Part shown: positions 39,420 to 52,529 of the stretch, in pieces | How the letters are laid out: every line of letters starts with the position of its first letter | How positions within the stretch are numbered: the stretch's first letter is position 1 | Assembly (NCBI RefSeq): GCF_006345805.1 | Contig: NC_043013.1 | Location: forward strand, 1,798,001-1,862,000 | Length of the DNA: 64,000 bases | Origin: Octopus sinensis | Taxonomy: Eukaryota | Reading direction: 5' to 3' | Translations under genes and position numbers: made by a program | Notes under the pieces: model-generated | Told to the model about the DNA's origin: nothing | What the model saw: only the letters and a program-made list of their open reading frames with translations | Databases searched by the model: none

Positions 39420-39426
39420 TAGTAAC

Positions 39427-40465
39427 AGGGTTACTCGACCAGAAGAAAATTCTAACTGGGCCCCACCTGCAAGGTCATGCGCTGTTTATCAGGGTTACTC
39501 AATGAGAAGAAAATTCTAACTGGGCCCCACCTGCAAGGTCATGTGCTGTTTATCGGGGTTACTCGACCAGAAGAAAATTCTAACTGGGCCCCACCTCCAA
39601 GGTCATGTGCTGGTTATCTTATCATGTACATTGCTTTGTCTTGGTATAAAAGATGGGCTACAGCAAATATTCTGCTCAATACCACAGATTTGCTTGTTAG
39701 TTGTTTGACCTTAACCAGTTGAACATGTTTCTTGGTGGCTGACGATATGTGCATCTCTGATCACGAGCAGAAGTGGTGGGGGAGCATCATAGCCATGTGT
39801 TGAGAGGAATTCTTTGGGGTTTGGGTAATTCACCTCTGGAAACATGGGTGTTTCGTTCGACATCTTTAAACAACCCTTATTCAGGGACCTTTTGAGCGGG
39901 ATGTGTTACTCGGCCAGAAGAAAATTCTAACTGGCCCCACCTCCAAGGTCATGTGCTGGTTATCTTATCATGTACATTGCTTTGTCTTGGTATAAAAGAT
40001 GGGCTACAGCAAATATTCTGCTCAATACCACAGATTTGCTTGTTAGTTGTTTGACCTTAACCAGTTGAGCATGTCCCTTTGTGGCTGACGATATGTGCAT
40101 CTCTGATCACGAGCAGAAGTGGTGGGGGAGCATCATAGCCATGTGTTGAGAGGAATTCTTTGGGGTTTGGGTAATTCACCTCTGGAAACATGGGTGTTTC
40201 GTTCGACATCCTTAAACAACCCTTATTCAGGGACCTTTTGAGCGGGATGTGTTACTCGGCCAGAAGAAAATTCTAACTGGGCCCCACCTGCAAGGTCATG
40301 TGCTGTTTATCTTGATATGAGATCACCATGTCGTGCACATATGGTTGTCGCGCACATATGGTTGTGCCCTTATCAGACGGTAGTCATGACGGGTATACTG
40401 GGCTTCGTATATTTTACCCCAATGTCACTTTGATGGCATGCACTACTCTCTCGCTCAATAATAAT
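39427..40465 (+). repeat. Dispersed repeat family F with internal tandem multimerisation
   Basis: Same sequence as 56648-57165 (opposite strand); ends CTCTCGCTCAATAATAAT; lies in (AAT)n. Confidence 0.8.
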
Positions 40466-41405
40466 CCTTTCTACTAAAGGCACAAGGCTTGAAATTTGAG
40501 GGGAGGGGAACCAGTCGGTTACATCGATCCCAGTGCTTCACTGGTACTTATTTTATCCTCTTCTACTCTGGGCGCAAGGCTTGGAATTTTGGGAGGAAGA
40601 GGACCAGTCGATTAGATCGACTCCAGTACGTAACTGGTACTTATTTTATCGACTTCGAAAAGATGAAAAGTAAAGACGACCTCGGCAAAGTTTGAACTCA
40701 GTACCTAAAGACGGACGAAATGTTGCTAAACATTTTGTTCGCCTCGCTAACGATTCTACCACTTCACCGTCAAAGATAATAATTACAATCCTTTCTACTA
40801 TAGGCATAAGGTATAAATTGTTGAGTGGGGGGGGGCACTTGCCGATTGCATCGACCCCACTGCTCAACTGGTCCTTATTTTCCGACATCAGAAAGGAAAT
40901 AAGGTAAAGTCGACTTCGACGGAATCGGGACTCAGAATGTAAAGACGGGTGAAATGTTGCTAAGCATTTTATTCGGCGCCGTAGCGATTCTGCTAAGCTC
41001 GCCGCCTTAATCACAATGATAATAACCCTTTCTACTACAGGCGCAAGGTCCGAAATTTAGGGGAGGGAGCTGGTTGATTATACCGACCCTAGTCTTCATC
41101 TGGTACTTATTTCATCGACCCCGAAAAGATGAAAGACAAAGTCAACCTTGGCGAAAACCGAACTCAGTGACAAGCGAAATACCTATTTCTTTACTACCCA
41201 CAAGGGGCTAAACACAAAGGGGACAAACAAGGGCAGACACACGGATTAAGTCGATTATATCGACCCCAGTGCGTAACTGGTACTTATTTAATCGACCCCG
41301 AAAGGATGAAAGGCAAAGTCGACCTCGGCGGAATTTGAACTCAGAACGCAACGGCAGACGAAATACCGCCAAGCATTTTGTCTGGTAACGATTCTGCCAG
41401 TTGGC
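40466..41405 (-). mobile_element. Head-to-tail SINE-C cluster (4-5 copies)
   Basis: Repeated cores; variant tail 41180-41260. Further copies at about 19150, 27300, 30230, 31480, 33670 and 52030. Confidence 0.85.
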
Positions 41406-42243
41406 CTCCCTGATCATGATAAAAATCATAACTACATCATCATCATCAGCAGCATCATAACTCTCCTCAGATCAATGTAGTTATTTGCTGTAATGGCGGA
41501 CAAGTCTCATGGAACTTTGCAACTGCTGTGCAAGCAAAATAAATTATTGTTATTCCTGTGATGCTTTCTGTCAACCTACCACAGCTTATGGCTTGATTAA
41601 AAATTATTACACGTTGTCTTTTCAAAGTTTATCTGCAAACTACCAAACATTTGCAATGCTTCACGTCCCTTCAACATTGGTCCCCGATTAACCTCTGACC
41701 CCAAATTTATTGACAAGAGAATTTCTCTTCTTTACATTTTAGCGCAGATGAATATTTTTCTAGACTTGATGCAGGGAAGACTTTATCGAAATTAGAAGTA
41801 ATATTAGCGGCATATTTGGGGGATGGGGAGCGTGTTACGTTTTGATAGGGGGTACCTGGTTCGTGGTGGTGAGTGAGCTAAATAGGAAATGAAACACCTG
41901 GCTTTTCGGGAGCCGAAGGGTAGAACACGTAACCGTAATGTAAACAATTTACTGACGTCTGGTTATAGCAGTCAAATCTTCCTCAAACCGCATCCTACCG
42001 TCGAAATAAGTATTGGGAAGCATTAGATAATGCAGTTGCTACATACTCCCCCCTCCCCACTTAAAGGGCGGGGTGGTGACGGTTGGAATGCTTTTGTTCA
42101 TACGGTTGCACATTCAGCGTTGACAATGAGCTGTCATCATCATCACCATCACCATCATCCTCATCACCACCACCACCACCACCACCACCACCACCACCAA
42201 ATCCACCACCGCCGCCGCCGCCGCCACCACCACCACCACCACA

Positions 42244-42274
<31 letters not shown>

Positions 42275-42932
42275 GCATCGTCATAGAAATCGATGGAAAA
42301 AAAATTTGAAGAGCAAAGAATTCTGCCAGTCTATTGTTTTGGACGCTCTAGCGATTCCTCAAGTTTATCGTCCTGAAAATAAGTACTTTATTTATCGACA
42401 CCAGAAGGTTGAAAGGCAAGGATGAGCTCGGTGGAGGTTTCAACTTAGAACGCAAAGCTTAAGTAACAATGCAAAGTTACCTGTGTTTGCTCTCACGAAA
42501 TGCAGAGTTGACAGATGTAGGGCAAAGCCTTCTACTCTGGCCATTGTCTCTTAATATGTTGACCCAGAGATTCTCAGTTTTTTTTCACGAGGTTGAGGTG
42601 GTCACTGGACATCAGATAAAGATTTACTGACGCGTTTTAGGCGCAGGCATGGCTGTGCTGTTAAGAAGCACGCTTTGCGACCACATGGTTTCGGGTTCAG
42701 TCCCACTACGCGACAACTTGGGTCTCTTCTACGATAGCTGCACAATTTGGTGGAGGAAACAGCATGAAAGCCCGTCGTATACGTATGCGGGGAATGTGAT
42801 CGTGTGTTTCTTTTGTGTTTGTCCTTCGCCAACGCTTGACAACCAGTGTTGGTTCACAGTTCTGTATTTAAGAGATGAGGAATTATTTACATTATTTACA
42901 TTTGACGGATATTTGTCCTCATCTTGTTTGTT

Positions 42933-42980
42933 AACACAACGTTTCGGCTTATATACCCTCCAGCCTTCATCAGGTGTCTT
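42933..42980 (-). ncRNA. Identical hammerhead, inverted copy
   Basis: Reverse complement of 43451-43498. Confidence 0.75.
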
Positions 42981-43046
42981 GGGGAAATTTCGAACCTGGG
43001 TTCTCATTCCTAAGGTATTTTTTTCGATGTTGTTATTATTATTATT

Positions 43047-43123
43047 GCCCACGGGCATATGGCGTAGTGGTTAAGAGCGCGGGCTACTAACCCCAAAATT
43101 CCGAGTTTGATTCCAAGCAGTGA

Positions 43124-43175
<52 letters not shown>

Positions 43176-43310
43176 TAATAATAATAATAATAATAATAGA
43201 GGTATTTTTTTCGATGTTGTTATTATTATTATTGCCCACGGGCATATGGCGTAGTGGTTAAGAGCGCGGGCTACTAACCCCAAAATTCCGAGTTTGATTC
43301 CAAGCAGTGA

Positions 43311-43391
<81 letters not shown>

Positions 43392-43548
43392 CAACAACAA
43401 CAACATCGAAAAATATCTTAAAAATGAGAACCCAGGTTCGAAATTTCCCCAAGACACCTGATGAAGGCTGGAGGGTATATAAGCCGAAACGTTGTGTTAA
43501 CAACAAACAAGATGAGGACAAATATCCGTCAAATGTAAATAATGTAAA
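43047..43548 (+). mobile_element. SINE-G: tRNA-like head (duplicated) + (AAT)n + hammerhead-bearing tail
   Basis: A-box TGGCGTAGTGG at 43060 and 43247; B-box-like GAGTTTGATTCC at 43103 and 43290; tail 43400-43548. Confidence 0.75.
43451..43498 (+). ncRNA. Minimal type I hammerhead ribozyme in SINE-G tail
   Basis: GACAC-CUGAUGA-A-GGCU..AGCC-GAAAC-GUU^GUGUU; palindromic AACGUU helix III. Confidence 0.75.
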
Positions 43549-45625
43549 CAGTGTTGGTTTGTTTATGTCTCCATAAATTGGCGGTTCGGCAAAAGAAAAC
43601 GATAGAATAAGTACCAGACTTATTAGACTTCTTTTAGATCCCAAAGTCAGTCTATTAAGAGGCAAGAAGTTCTGAGACTGGCAATTACCTTTCTTTCGCA
43701 AATATTAGTAAATGAAATGTTTTCGCAATTCCTCTCTTTATTAACGAGAAGCCAAAAGAGAATATGTTTATTTGTAATTCTTTACCATGATGTTGCATAA
43801 AGTAAAAAAAAGAAAACGTCATGGCAACCATCTTCATTTTATCAAACATTGCAACTTCTCCGTTCCATCATTTTCAAACATCACAGCTTCGTGTTTTAGC
43901 TGAATCCTTTCTTAATTCCATGACTTATTCATTCTTCATACATTCTGGTAGATTCGAGTGGGAATATGTTAATCGCTGTTGTATTTCGTCATCGGAAAAT
44001 AACTTCTCCTTTCAGGCAAATTCATTAGCGTTTTGGGAAACCTGGTAATTCAATATCCTTGTGTTTTCTCTGCCAAATCTACCCTAAACTAATGAATTTA
44101 AGAAGAGTTTATGGCTCTCGTTTATAACCACAGCAAATAAGTTATTTGCTGGTGCATGTTGATTGATATCGGTTAAGCCTACCAGTCTTCCTAAATTCGA
44201 AATTTCAAATCTTTTTTGTGGACTAGTTGTAGAAGAAAGTTCAGAGATTATGACCTTTCTTTTTTTCCGTATCTTATATCAGAGACTTGAAATGAATTTT
44301 AAAAAAGGAGTTGACTCCTTCAGTTGACAAGCAGAGTTAAGAACGCCGGTGACGATTTAAGTCTGACACCAGCAGGTTTCTAAACAACGTCCGTTCTACC
44401 AAATTTAATTCCCAAGGATTAGTCAACCAGAGGCTTCACTAGAAGATTCTTATCGAAAGTGACGCACCCTCAGATTTAAACCGAAACTGTGTAATTGTAA
44501 ACAGAACCTTTTAATCATACAACCATATTATACGATGATAGATAATCCTTTATGTCAAGCGCTGATCGATTAAATCTTTTTAATCTAGCTACACGATGCA
44601 GATGATATTAAAAAACATAAATGAACTGTAAGGAAAAGAACTGTTGTTTATATTTTTACGTCTTGTCAAATATATCGTAATAAAACTGCCTTTTAAATTC
44701 AACACGATTACTTCATTGTTCAGAGGTGATTGAAGATAAACTTCTTTTTCTAGTTAACCTGTTCAAACTTTATTGTCCCAAGCTTTTCTTTCTCGTAGGC
44801 CCCCACCATAAATCAATTCTCGATGTCTTTCTCGTGAAGCAATAAATGAAATAATCATCCATTGTTGTGTTGTCAATAGCAAAGAGAAACCTAGCTACGA
44901 GGTTCAATATTATGATGTCTGGTCAAACGAGAAAATGGTGTCCACGACAACCGATTATCAACAACAGTCCTAATATGGTTGTCTACTTTCTACATAAAAA
45001 GAAAACAATAAAAACTACAACAAGATGTTCTTACTTTGTAATAAAGCTATAAATGCGCAATATAGATTACGAAACATTTTTTTTTAATGAACCTTTATCA
45101 GCGGTCATTAATTAAAATTAATTAGGAATGACACGTAGTGATAAATGTATGATTAGAAACTGATTAATTTAGAGGTGGGGGGAGATGTATAATGATCTAT
45201 TTGCTTTTGTCGGAGACATCTTTCGATTGATTCATCGGAGTGGAAAGTCGCATCCTTGACAACAGTCACGTGGTACAGCTTAGATAAGCCCAGCAGTTGA
45301 AGCCCTACACAAGCTAAAAAGAACACTTCCTCATTGATTTGAGCAAAACCCAAAAACAAAACTATAATTAATCTTTTATTTTTTTCTCAGAAAGAAAATA
45401 ACACTAAAATTATTTCGTTTCTGCTCAAATGAAAGTGATAAACAGCAAATTAAGCCATGTTTTCTTATGATAAAACACTGATATTCTGAAGTGATCTTCG
45501 AACTTGAGGGACATACCTGAAACATTGCACTGGAAATATACTTCAATCAGGATTGAAAGAAAAAAAGAAATAAGATAACACAAGAAACAATACAAATAGC
45601 TTTAAATACAGCATTTTCATTATAG

Positions 45626-46035
45626 AAGGAAACTTAATATGACTGCTGTAAGTAGTTTTCCATCTCGAAGTATAAACCTGGGCAAACGTGGGCCTTCGCA
45701 GCAACTCACAGGGCAAATAACTTATTTCGATGTTAACAATGAGGGAGTCGTTCTTGATGCTAATCTTGTCTGCTTAAAAGAAAAACGTCGAGGAGATGGA
45801 TCAGGTATGTTCCCGTTACTGGGTGGAATCCTTGAGGAAAGTCAAGAAACCAACTATCTGCCAGGATTTAGACCCTTTACAGAGAAGATCAACATAAGAA
45901 ATACATCAGAAACTACCGGCCCATTAGTGTTACCCAAGAAAACAAAAGTGAAGCGGAGCTGCGCAGGACTTTTACAACTTTCGAAAGAACTAAAGCGCAA
46001 AAGTCTAGTTTCCAGCAGAGTTAAAGTGAAGAAAG
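45626..46035 (+). CDS. Probable coding exon of an unidentified gene
   Basis: 410-nt non-repetitive open frame (ORF 45639, MTAVSSFPSRS...SRVKVKK). Bounded by acceptor TTTTCATTATAG| and a consensus donor AAAG|GTAAGT (phase 1). No family recognised. Confidence 0.55.
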
Positions 46036-46145
46036 GTAAGTGAGGAAGTTCAAAAAAGTCAATATATTCTTTATATACCTGTATTAAATAAGTACCAACA
46101 CCTCACCGAAACTTACAGAAACAACAGAACTAACATGCACACACA

Positions 46146-46185
<40 letters not shown>

Positions 46186-46270
46186 CATATAAAGATACAC
46201 ATATGTAATATGTGTACACATGTATATGTATCACTTTCTGTTTCTTTTCCACACCTATCTCTACTCTCTC

Positions 46271-46375
<105 letters not shown>

Positions 46376-46414
46376 TATATGTGTATGTATGTATGTATGT
46401 ATATATATATATTC

Positions 46415-46605
46415 CTTTTTCTTTTACTCTTTTATTTGTTTCAGTCATTTGACTGCGGCCATGCTGGAGCACCGCCTTTTAGTCGAACAAATCGACCTCA
46501 GGACTTATTCTTTGTAAGCCTAATACTTATTCTATCGGTCTATTTTGCCGAACCGCTAAGTTATGGGCACGTAAAAACACCAGCATCGGTTGTAAACACA
46601 CCAGC
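46415..46605 (-). mobile_element. SINE-A 3' half
   Basis: Near-consensus tail. Confidence 0.85.
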
Positions 46606-46650
<45 letters not shown>

Positions 46651-46962
46651 TTCTTAATGGATATTTTTAATACTTTTCTTACTGTATTGCGTGTTCGTTT
46701 CTCTTTTCTATCCGTGATTTTAGTTTTGATCTTCTATAAAAATGAAGATATTTCCTTCGTTTTGCTGCTTGTCTTTCAACGAAATGAGAAGATACATTGC
46801 GGAACTGTTACTTTAACGAGTTGTGTCTATTTATCACTCGATGAGATACATCTACACCGCCGGATACTCCTGAACCAGTTGTTGAGTGTCCCACTTGTGA
46901 GGGATCGATGCTAGAGGTGTCGAAACAATTGTCGTGATTGATAATAAATTCTCGTATATTCC

Positions 46963-46997
<35 letters not shown>

Positions 46998-47642
46998 TGT
47001 ATGCATGTATGCATGTATGCATGTATGCATGTATGTATGTATAAATATATGCATATGTGTATGTGTTTGTCTGTGTGTGTCTTTGTGTGTGTCCGTGTAT
47101 CTGTGTGGTGTCCTTCGCTTCCGTTTGACAACCTGTGATAGTTTATTTACATTCCCGTTGTCAAGCAGTTCGGGAAAAGGGACCCATAGAACAAAAGTAC
47201 TGGAATTAATTTGATCGAATAAAGCCCTTCAAGGTGGTGCCCCAGCATGGTCGCTGTCCAATGACTGAAACAAGTAAAATATAAAAGATAAGAAATAAAA
47301 GAAACTAAAGGAAATGTTTAATTGTGGCGATCGAAAGGGAGAAGGAAATGACGCAGAGAAAAGCAGAACGGAATGTGAAGTGGGCGCCATTGTTGAGGGC
47401 GATTTCTAGACGTTCTCAGCACAAGTTCGACATTGTGTTTCCATTCCTGTAAGGGTCCGACCAATACAATACACTTGGGTCGATTCAATATTCCATACTC
47501 CTCCTTCTATAAATATTGGTATAGCCAAAAGAAAGGAGTTCTTGCCAATAAAGTAGAAACATAGATGCACATGTTAATTCTCTCTCTTTTTCTTTCACTC
47601 TTTCACTCATTCTTTCTTTCCTTCTTTCTTTCTTTCTTTCCG

Positions 47643-47712
<70 letters not shown>

Positions 47713-48159
47713 GAACACATGTACACCCATATGTTCACATACACAAGCTCGTACACACATAAGCAATTACACAATCCTGCAAACATAGAAACTAAGGCGT
47801 ATACATGTATGCTTATACACACACACATATATACAAAGCGGAATTACGAAAATATGTAAAATATTCCAAAAGGAATCTAAACGGACATACAAGCATTTCT
47901 CTGTTGATACACCTAAGTCAACATATATACAGATCATACATGCAATGGCATGCGAACCTTCACACACACACATACACGCATACATACATACATACATTTA
48001 TGCATACATACATACGTACATACATACGTACATACATACATACACACATAGATGCATGCATACATACATGCACGCATTTACGCATACAAACATACCTTTA
48101 TACACACATACGTATAAATACATACATAGGCGCATGCACCCTCACAGATGTATTTTACC

Positions 48160-48432
48160 AGGCGCTTTTGCCGAACCGCTAAGTTACAGGGACATAAACA
48201 TACCGACATCGATTGTCAAGCAATGATGAGGGGAACAAACACAAACATATACGCACACATGCATACATATATACATATATACGACGGGCTTCTTTCAGTT
48301 TCCATCTACCAAATCCACTCACAAGGTTTTGGTCGGGCTGAGGCTATAGGAGAAGATACTTACCCAAGGTGCACACAGTGGGGCTGAACCCAGAACCATG
48401 TGGTTGTGAAGCAAGCTTCTTACCACACAGTC
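48160..48432 (-). mobile_element. SINE-A
   Basis: Family match. Confidence 0.8.
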
Positions 48433-48504
48433 AGTATATATTATATATTATATATATATATATATATATAATATATATATATATATATAATATATATATA
48501 TATA

Positions 48505-48875
48505 TGTAAACGGCAGTTTGTCTGTGCGTGTTTCTGTGTGTCTGTTTTCTCGTACCCTCACCCTGACCACGGCTTCAACCGATTCTGATGAAACTTGACA
48601 CACACATAGCCCAACATAATTCAAAACTAACGCAGCGAAAATTTTGAAAAGTTCCCCCAGTTCTGAAAAAAATCAATAAATTCGACATGGGGTCGAGAAT
48701 CAGAAACACGAACCACAAACTGTCTAGGGGACGCAACACTCACCTTTTTTAAATTCAAAAAAAAAATTACCATAATTTTTTTTCATTTTTTTGCTATTTT
48801 TTGGCTATCACTCTCTAAAAATGCTTTATAGTTATTTCCCTTACAAACCTGAGCAACGCCGGGCGATACTGCTAG
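48505..48875 (+). mobile_element. Non-autonomous Helitron-like element
   Basis: 3' end hairpin CCTGAGCAACGCCGGG followed by CTAG|T at 48872-48875; starts in a TA run. Confidence 0.6.
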
Positions 48876-48912
<37 letters not shown>

Positions 48913-49320
48913 ACGCATATACAGATCCATCTATTCCCCTCCCTCCCTCCCTCTCTCCACACATACATACAAACGTGACAACCTAGTTCGTCATTGATTT
49001 GTCGAGTGGGGCCATAAAGCTGCTAAGATGTCCCTGTGACCGAATTTCCTCCCTTAATCCCTGCATGGTGGGGATTAAGCGTTGCTGATATTAGTCGAAC
49101 ATATTTCTTTATGCCAAATCCCATCTCGTTTGGTAACGGCAAAGAATTTCTGAAGACATTGGATTTTAAAGACTATCAAAGATTTTTAGCGTATCGACTC
49201 TGTGTGTGTGTGTGTGTGTGTGTGTATTGTCCATGCCTTGCATCCTTGTGGGAGAATGGAAATACAGGCTTCCCTGTAGGCGAGAACTTTTGTATGGAAG
49301 CCGAGACAGTTATTTAGCAA

Positions 49321-49322
<2 letters not shown>

Positions 49323-49374
<52 letters not shown>

Positions 49375-49404
49375 CTCTCTCTCTCTCAGTCTCTCTCTCT
49401 CTCT

Positions 49405-49500
<96 letters not shown>
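49323..49500. repeat. (CT)n microsatellite
   Basis: Direct. Confidence 0.95.
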
Positions 49501-49501
<1 letters not shown>

Positions 49502-49635
49502 AGCCTTCCAAAAGCTACAGAGGTTTGTCTGTAACGATTTACTGTTCCCTCGCTCAATGTGTAACAGTTGGAGATAATGTGCTTGGGTTTGCGAATTGAT
49601 TTCGCTGGGGTTCTGAGATTGTGGGGGAGGACATA

Positions 49636-50170
49636 CTTACACAAGTGTCCTCTCCCACGACTTTGTTTCGTCATAACTTTAAGAAAATGTGTGTAGATTA
49701 TAATTGTAGATTATAAATGTGTGTAGATTATAGTTATATCGGAATCTGTCCAAAAAAAAAAAAAATTGCTGGGCGCCCACATATATTGACACATATCCCA
49801 TGAATATCTACGAAATGAAACTTCAAATTTCGGAAAAATTATGATTTGTATCAGTATGTATGTCTGCGTGCCCAGAAAATTTTTCACATTAAATTCCAAT
49901 ATAGTTTTAATCTACATATTCTAGTATTTGTAGGAAATTTCATTAAAAAATCTCAATTTTTCTGAAAGTTATGAGGAAACAAAGCCAACTCATGTGAATT
50001 TTCCAAAACTCCACCCTCCACTCATAGAAAAATCTTTACACAACAAATTTCGATATGATCGGAATCTACCCCCATTTAAAGCGCATTTGTACAAAATTTT
50101 ATTAAAAATATCCATTTTCTGGAAGTTATGAGGAAACAAAGTCGTGGTGGGAGACACACTTGGGTAGGTA
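49636..50170. repeat. Fold-back remnant with internal repeats
   Basis: 49636-49690 is an imperfect inverted copy of 50112-50170; AAGTTATGAGGAAACAAAG recurs near 49966 and 50123. Confidence 0.45.
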
Positions 50171-50829
50171 TGCTGTGGCTGAGGTTGTGAGAGTCGCGCA
50201 TCCCAATTTTCTGAACGTTGTTAGGGCTATTCTTTCGTGATCTTTAATATACAGCAAATATTACCATACATTTCACCTTGGAACCTGTCATTATGAATAC
50301 TCAATGAAACAGATGTTAAGACCTTCTAAATTGCTCAGTTTCAGGGAAAATGTCGGCATCGGTGAGCATAGAAACAGATCATATATTTTACGTAATGAAG
50401 AAAAGGCGGAGTAGAGAGACTTAATCCTTTGTAACACCCAATATATAAGGCCCGGGTTGTATAACTGAAAATCCTCTGCAGTGTTATGAAGACACGCAGT
50501 GAACTTCAGGAGAGATATGAAAATAAGAATAAAAATGAACTTCTTTCTCCAAAACATCGGGAAATCTTACCTCATACAATAACAAACTATCTTACTGAAA
50601 AGGTTGACCGTGAGTAATCGTATGACTAAACGGAAATTGCAGGCTGTGAAGGATACAAACAATAAGCCCTACTAAACATCGATTTGTTTGTGTAAGAGGG
50701 AAAGCCAATATTTGCTTTTGTGGCGGGGTATAAGTTGTCTGAATAGATTTCCTGTATTCACACATATATTTTATATCGCAACTGATGAACAATAGCGCCG
50801 TCAGTTACAGGTTTCTAACGAGTCAATCG

Positions 50830-51270
50830 CTGCTTTACTGTATTGCTGATGACGAAAATCACAAGGGAATATCTGTTAACTAGTTTCGTGGCACTCCGTC
50901 GGTTACGACGACGAAGGTTCCAGTTGATCCGATCAACGGAACAGCCTGCTCGTGAAATTAACGTGCATGTGGCTGAGCACTCCACAGACATGTGTACCCT
51001 TAACATAGTTCTCCGTGAGATTCAGCGTGACACAAAGTGTGACAAGGCTGGCTCCTTTGAAATACAGGTACAGCAGAAACCGAAAGAAAAAGTGAGAGAA
51101 AGTTGTGGAGAAAGAGTATAGCAGGGTTCGCCACCACCCCTGACAGAACCTCATGGAGCTTTATGTGTTTTCGCTCAATAAACACCCACAACGCCCGGTC
51201 CGGGAATCGAAACCGCGATCGTACGATCGCGAGTCCGCTGCCCTAACCACTGGTCCATTGCGCCTCCACG
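50830..51270 (-). mobile_element. SINE-E, full length
   Basis: tRNA head GGCGCAATGGACCAGTGGTTAGGGCAGCGG..GGTTTCGATTCCC. Related copies at 15420-15695 -, 21957-22225 +, 52990-53145 - and 55455-55770 +. Confidence 0.8.
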
Positions 51271-52380
51271 TTAACTAGTTTATAGGAAATATGTCAAGAG
51301 ACTTGGCTTAGTTTCAGGTTTTTCTTTCAGATGTTTATATTCTATAGCCGAAACACATTGGTAACAGATCTTTTGCCTTTTATCTTTTTGTTGTTTCACT
51401 CACGGTACTGCGGCCATGCTGGGGCATCCGCTTGCAGGGTTTAGTCGAACAGATTGATCCTAGTACTTACTTGTTAAGTTTGGTACTTACTCTATCGGTC
51501 CTTTTGCCGAGCCGCTAGGCGACGGGAACATAAGCAAACCAACACCGATTATCAAGCGGTGGGGTGGAGGAGACAAACACAAGCACATACACATACATAC
51601 ACATACATATACGCATTCCCACATAAACACACATACTCAAGCATGCATACATGCATACAACCAACCGACCAACCGACCAACCAACCAACCAACCAACCAA
51701 CCAACCATTCCACGGTTTCTCTCATTTAATCTCTCTTAGATCATCAGACCAACTTTTCACACTTACAGGAATCCACATACTTTTGCGTGACGACTCTAAT
51801 TGACCTCAGTACATGACTGGTACTTATAATATTGAACTTGAAAAGATGAACGGTAAAGGATTGAAAGCGAAAATGCTATAATTATAAACACTTCATTCAT
51901 TGGGTTCCAGAAAATTCTCTTTTAAGACACTAGGGTATAAACTGAGGGAGAGTTGGCTTCTCTTTCTAGTAGGTCGAGCAATTAAGTAGAGGCTCCCCTC
52001 ATTAGCTCAAAATATATTTTAATCATTTCTACTCTAGGCGCAAGGCCCGAAATATTTGAGGGAGGGTGGGCAGTCGATGAGATCGACTCTGCTATGCAAC
52101 TGGTACTTAGTTTATCGACCCCGAAAGAATGAACGGCAAAGTCGACCTCGGCAGAATTTGAACTCAGAACGTTAGATTCACTACAGCACGGAGTTTTGTC
52201 AGTGAACAGGTCGCGGTCTCAAAGCGACGAAAATATTTTGACAAATTAAATTTAAATGTTGAAGTGAATCTAATGGTTTTTGTGTGTTTCTTAAATGGCG
52301 TATAAATACCTTCAACGCTGCAATTGTTTTCGTTGCAGCACACGATCACAGATCAGGTCACTTGCTATGCAAGTACATCT

Positions 52381-52416
<36 letters not shown>

Positions 52417-52529
52417 ACTCTGATAATGTTTACTATAAAAGTTTAGTTGACATTTGTATTTAGTCCAATATTCTATTGTATAATAATTCTTTCTATGGTA
52501 GTTACAAGAACATAGATTCTGAAGAAGGG

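Larger units (their letters stand above)
42638..43620 (+). mobile_element. SINE-A split by the SINE-G fold-back insertion
   Basis: Head 42638-42854; resumes at 43549. Confidence 0.8.

Noticed and set aside
39427-39618. CRISPR-like regularly spaced repeats
   Set aside because: Contiguous 64-bp units with no unique spacers, part of repeat family F; no cas genes.
42030-42425. Poly-His/Gln ORF resembling a His-rich beak protein
   Set aside because: Compound trinucleotide repeat running into a SINE-C remnant; no signal peptide or splice support.
43047-43125. tRNA gene
   Set aside because: A/B boxes present but no acceptor stem or T-run terminator; it continues into the SINE body.
50291-50557. 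Minus ORF with signal-peptide-like start
   Set aside because: Hydrophobicity is explained as the antisense of an A-rich (E/K/N) plus strand; no splice support.
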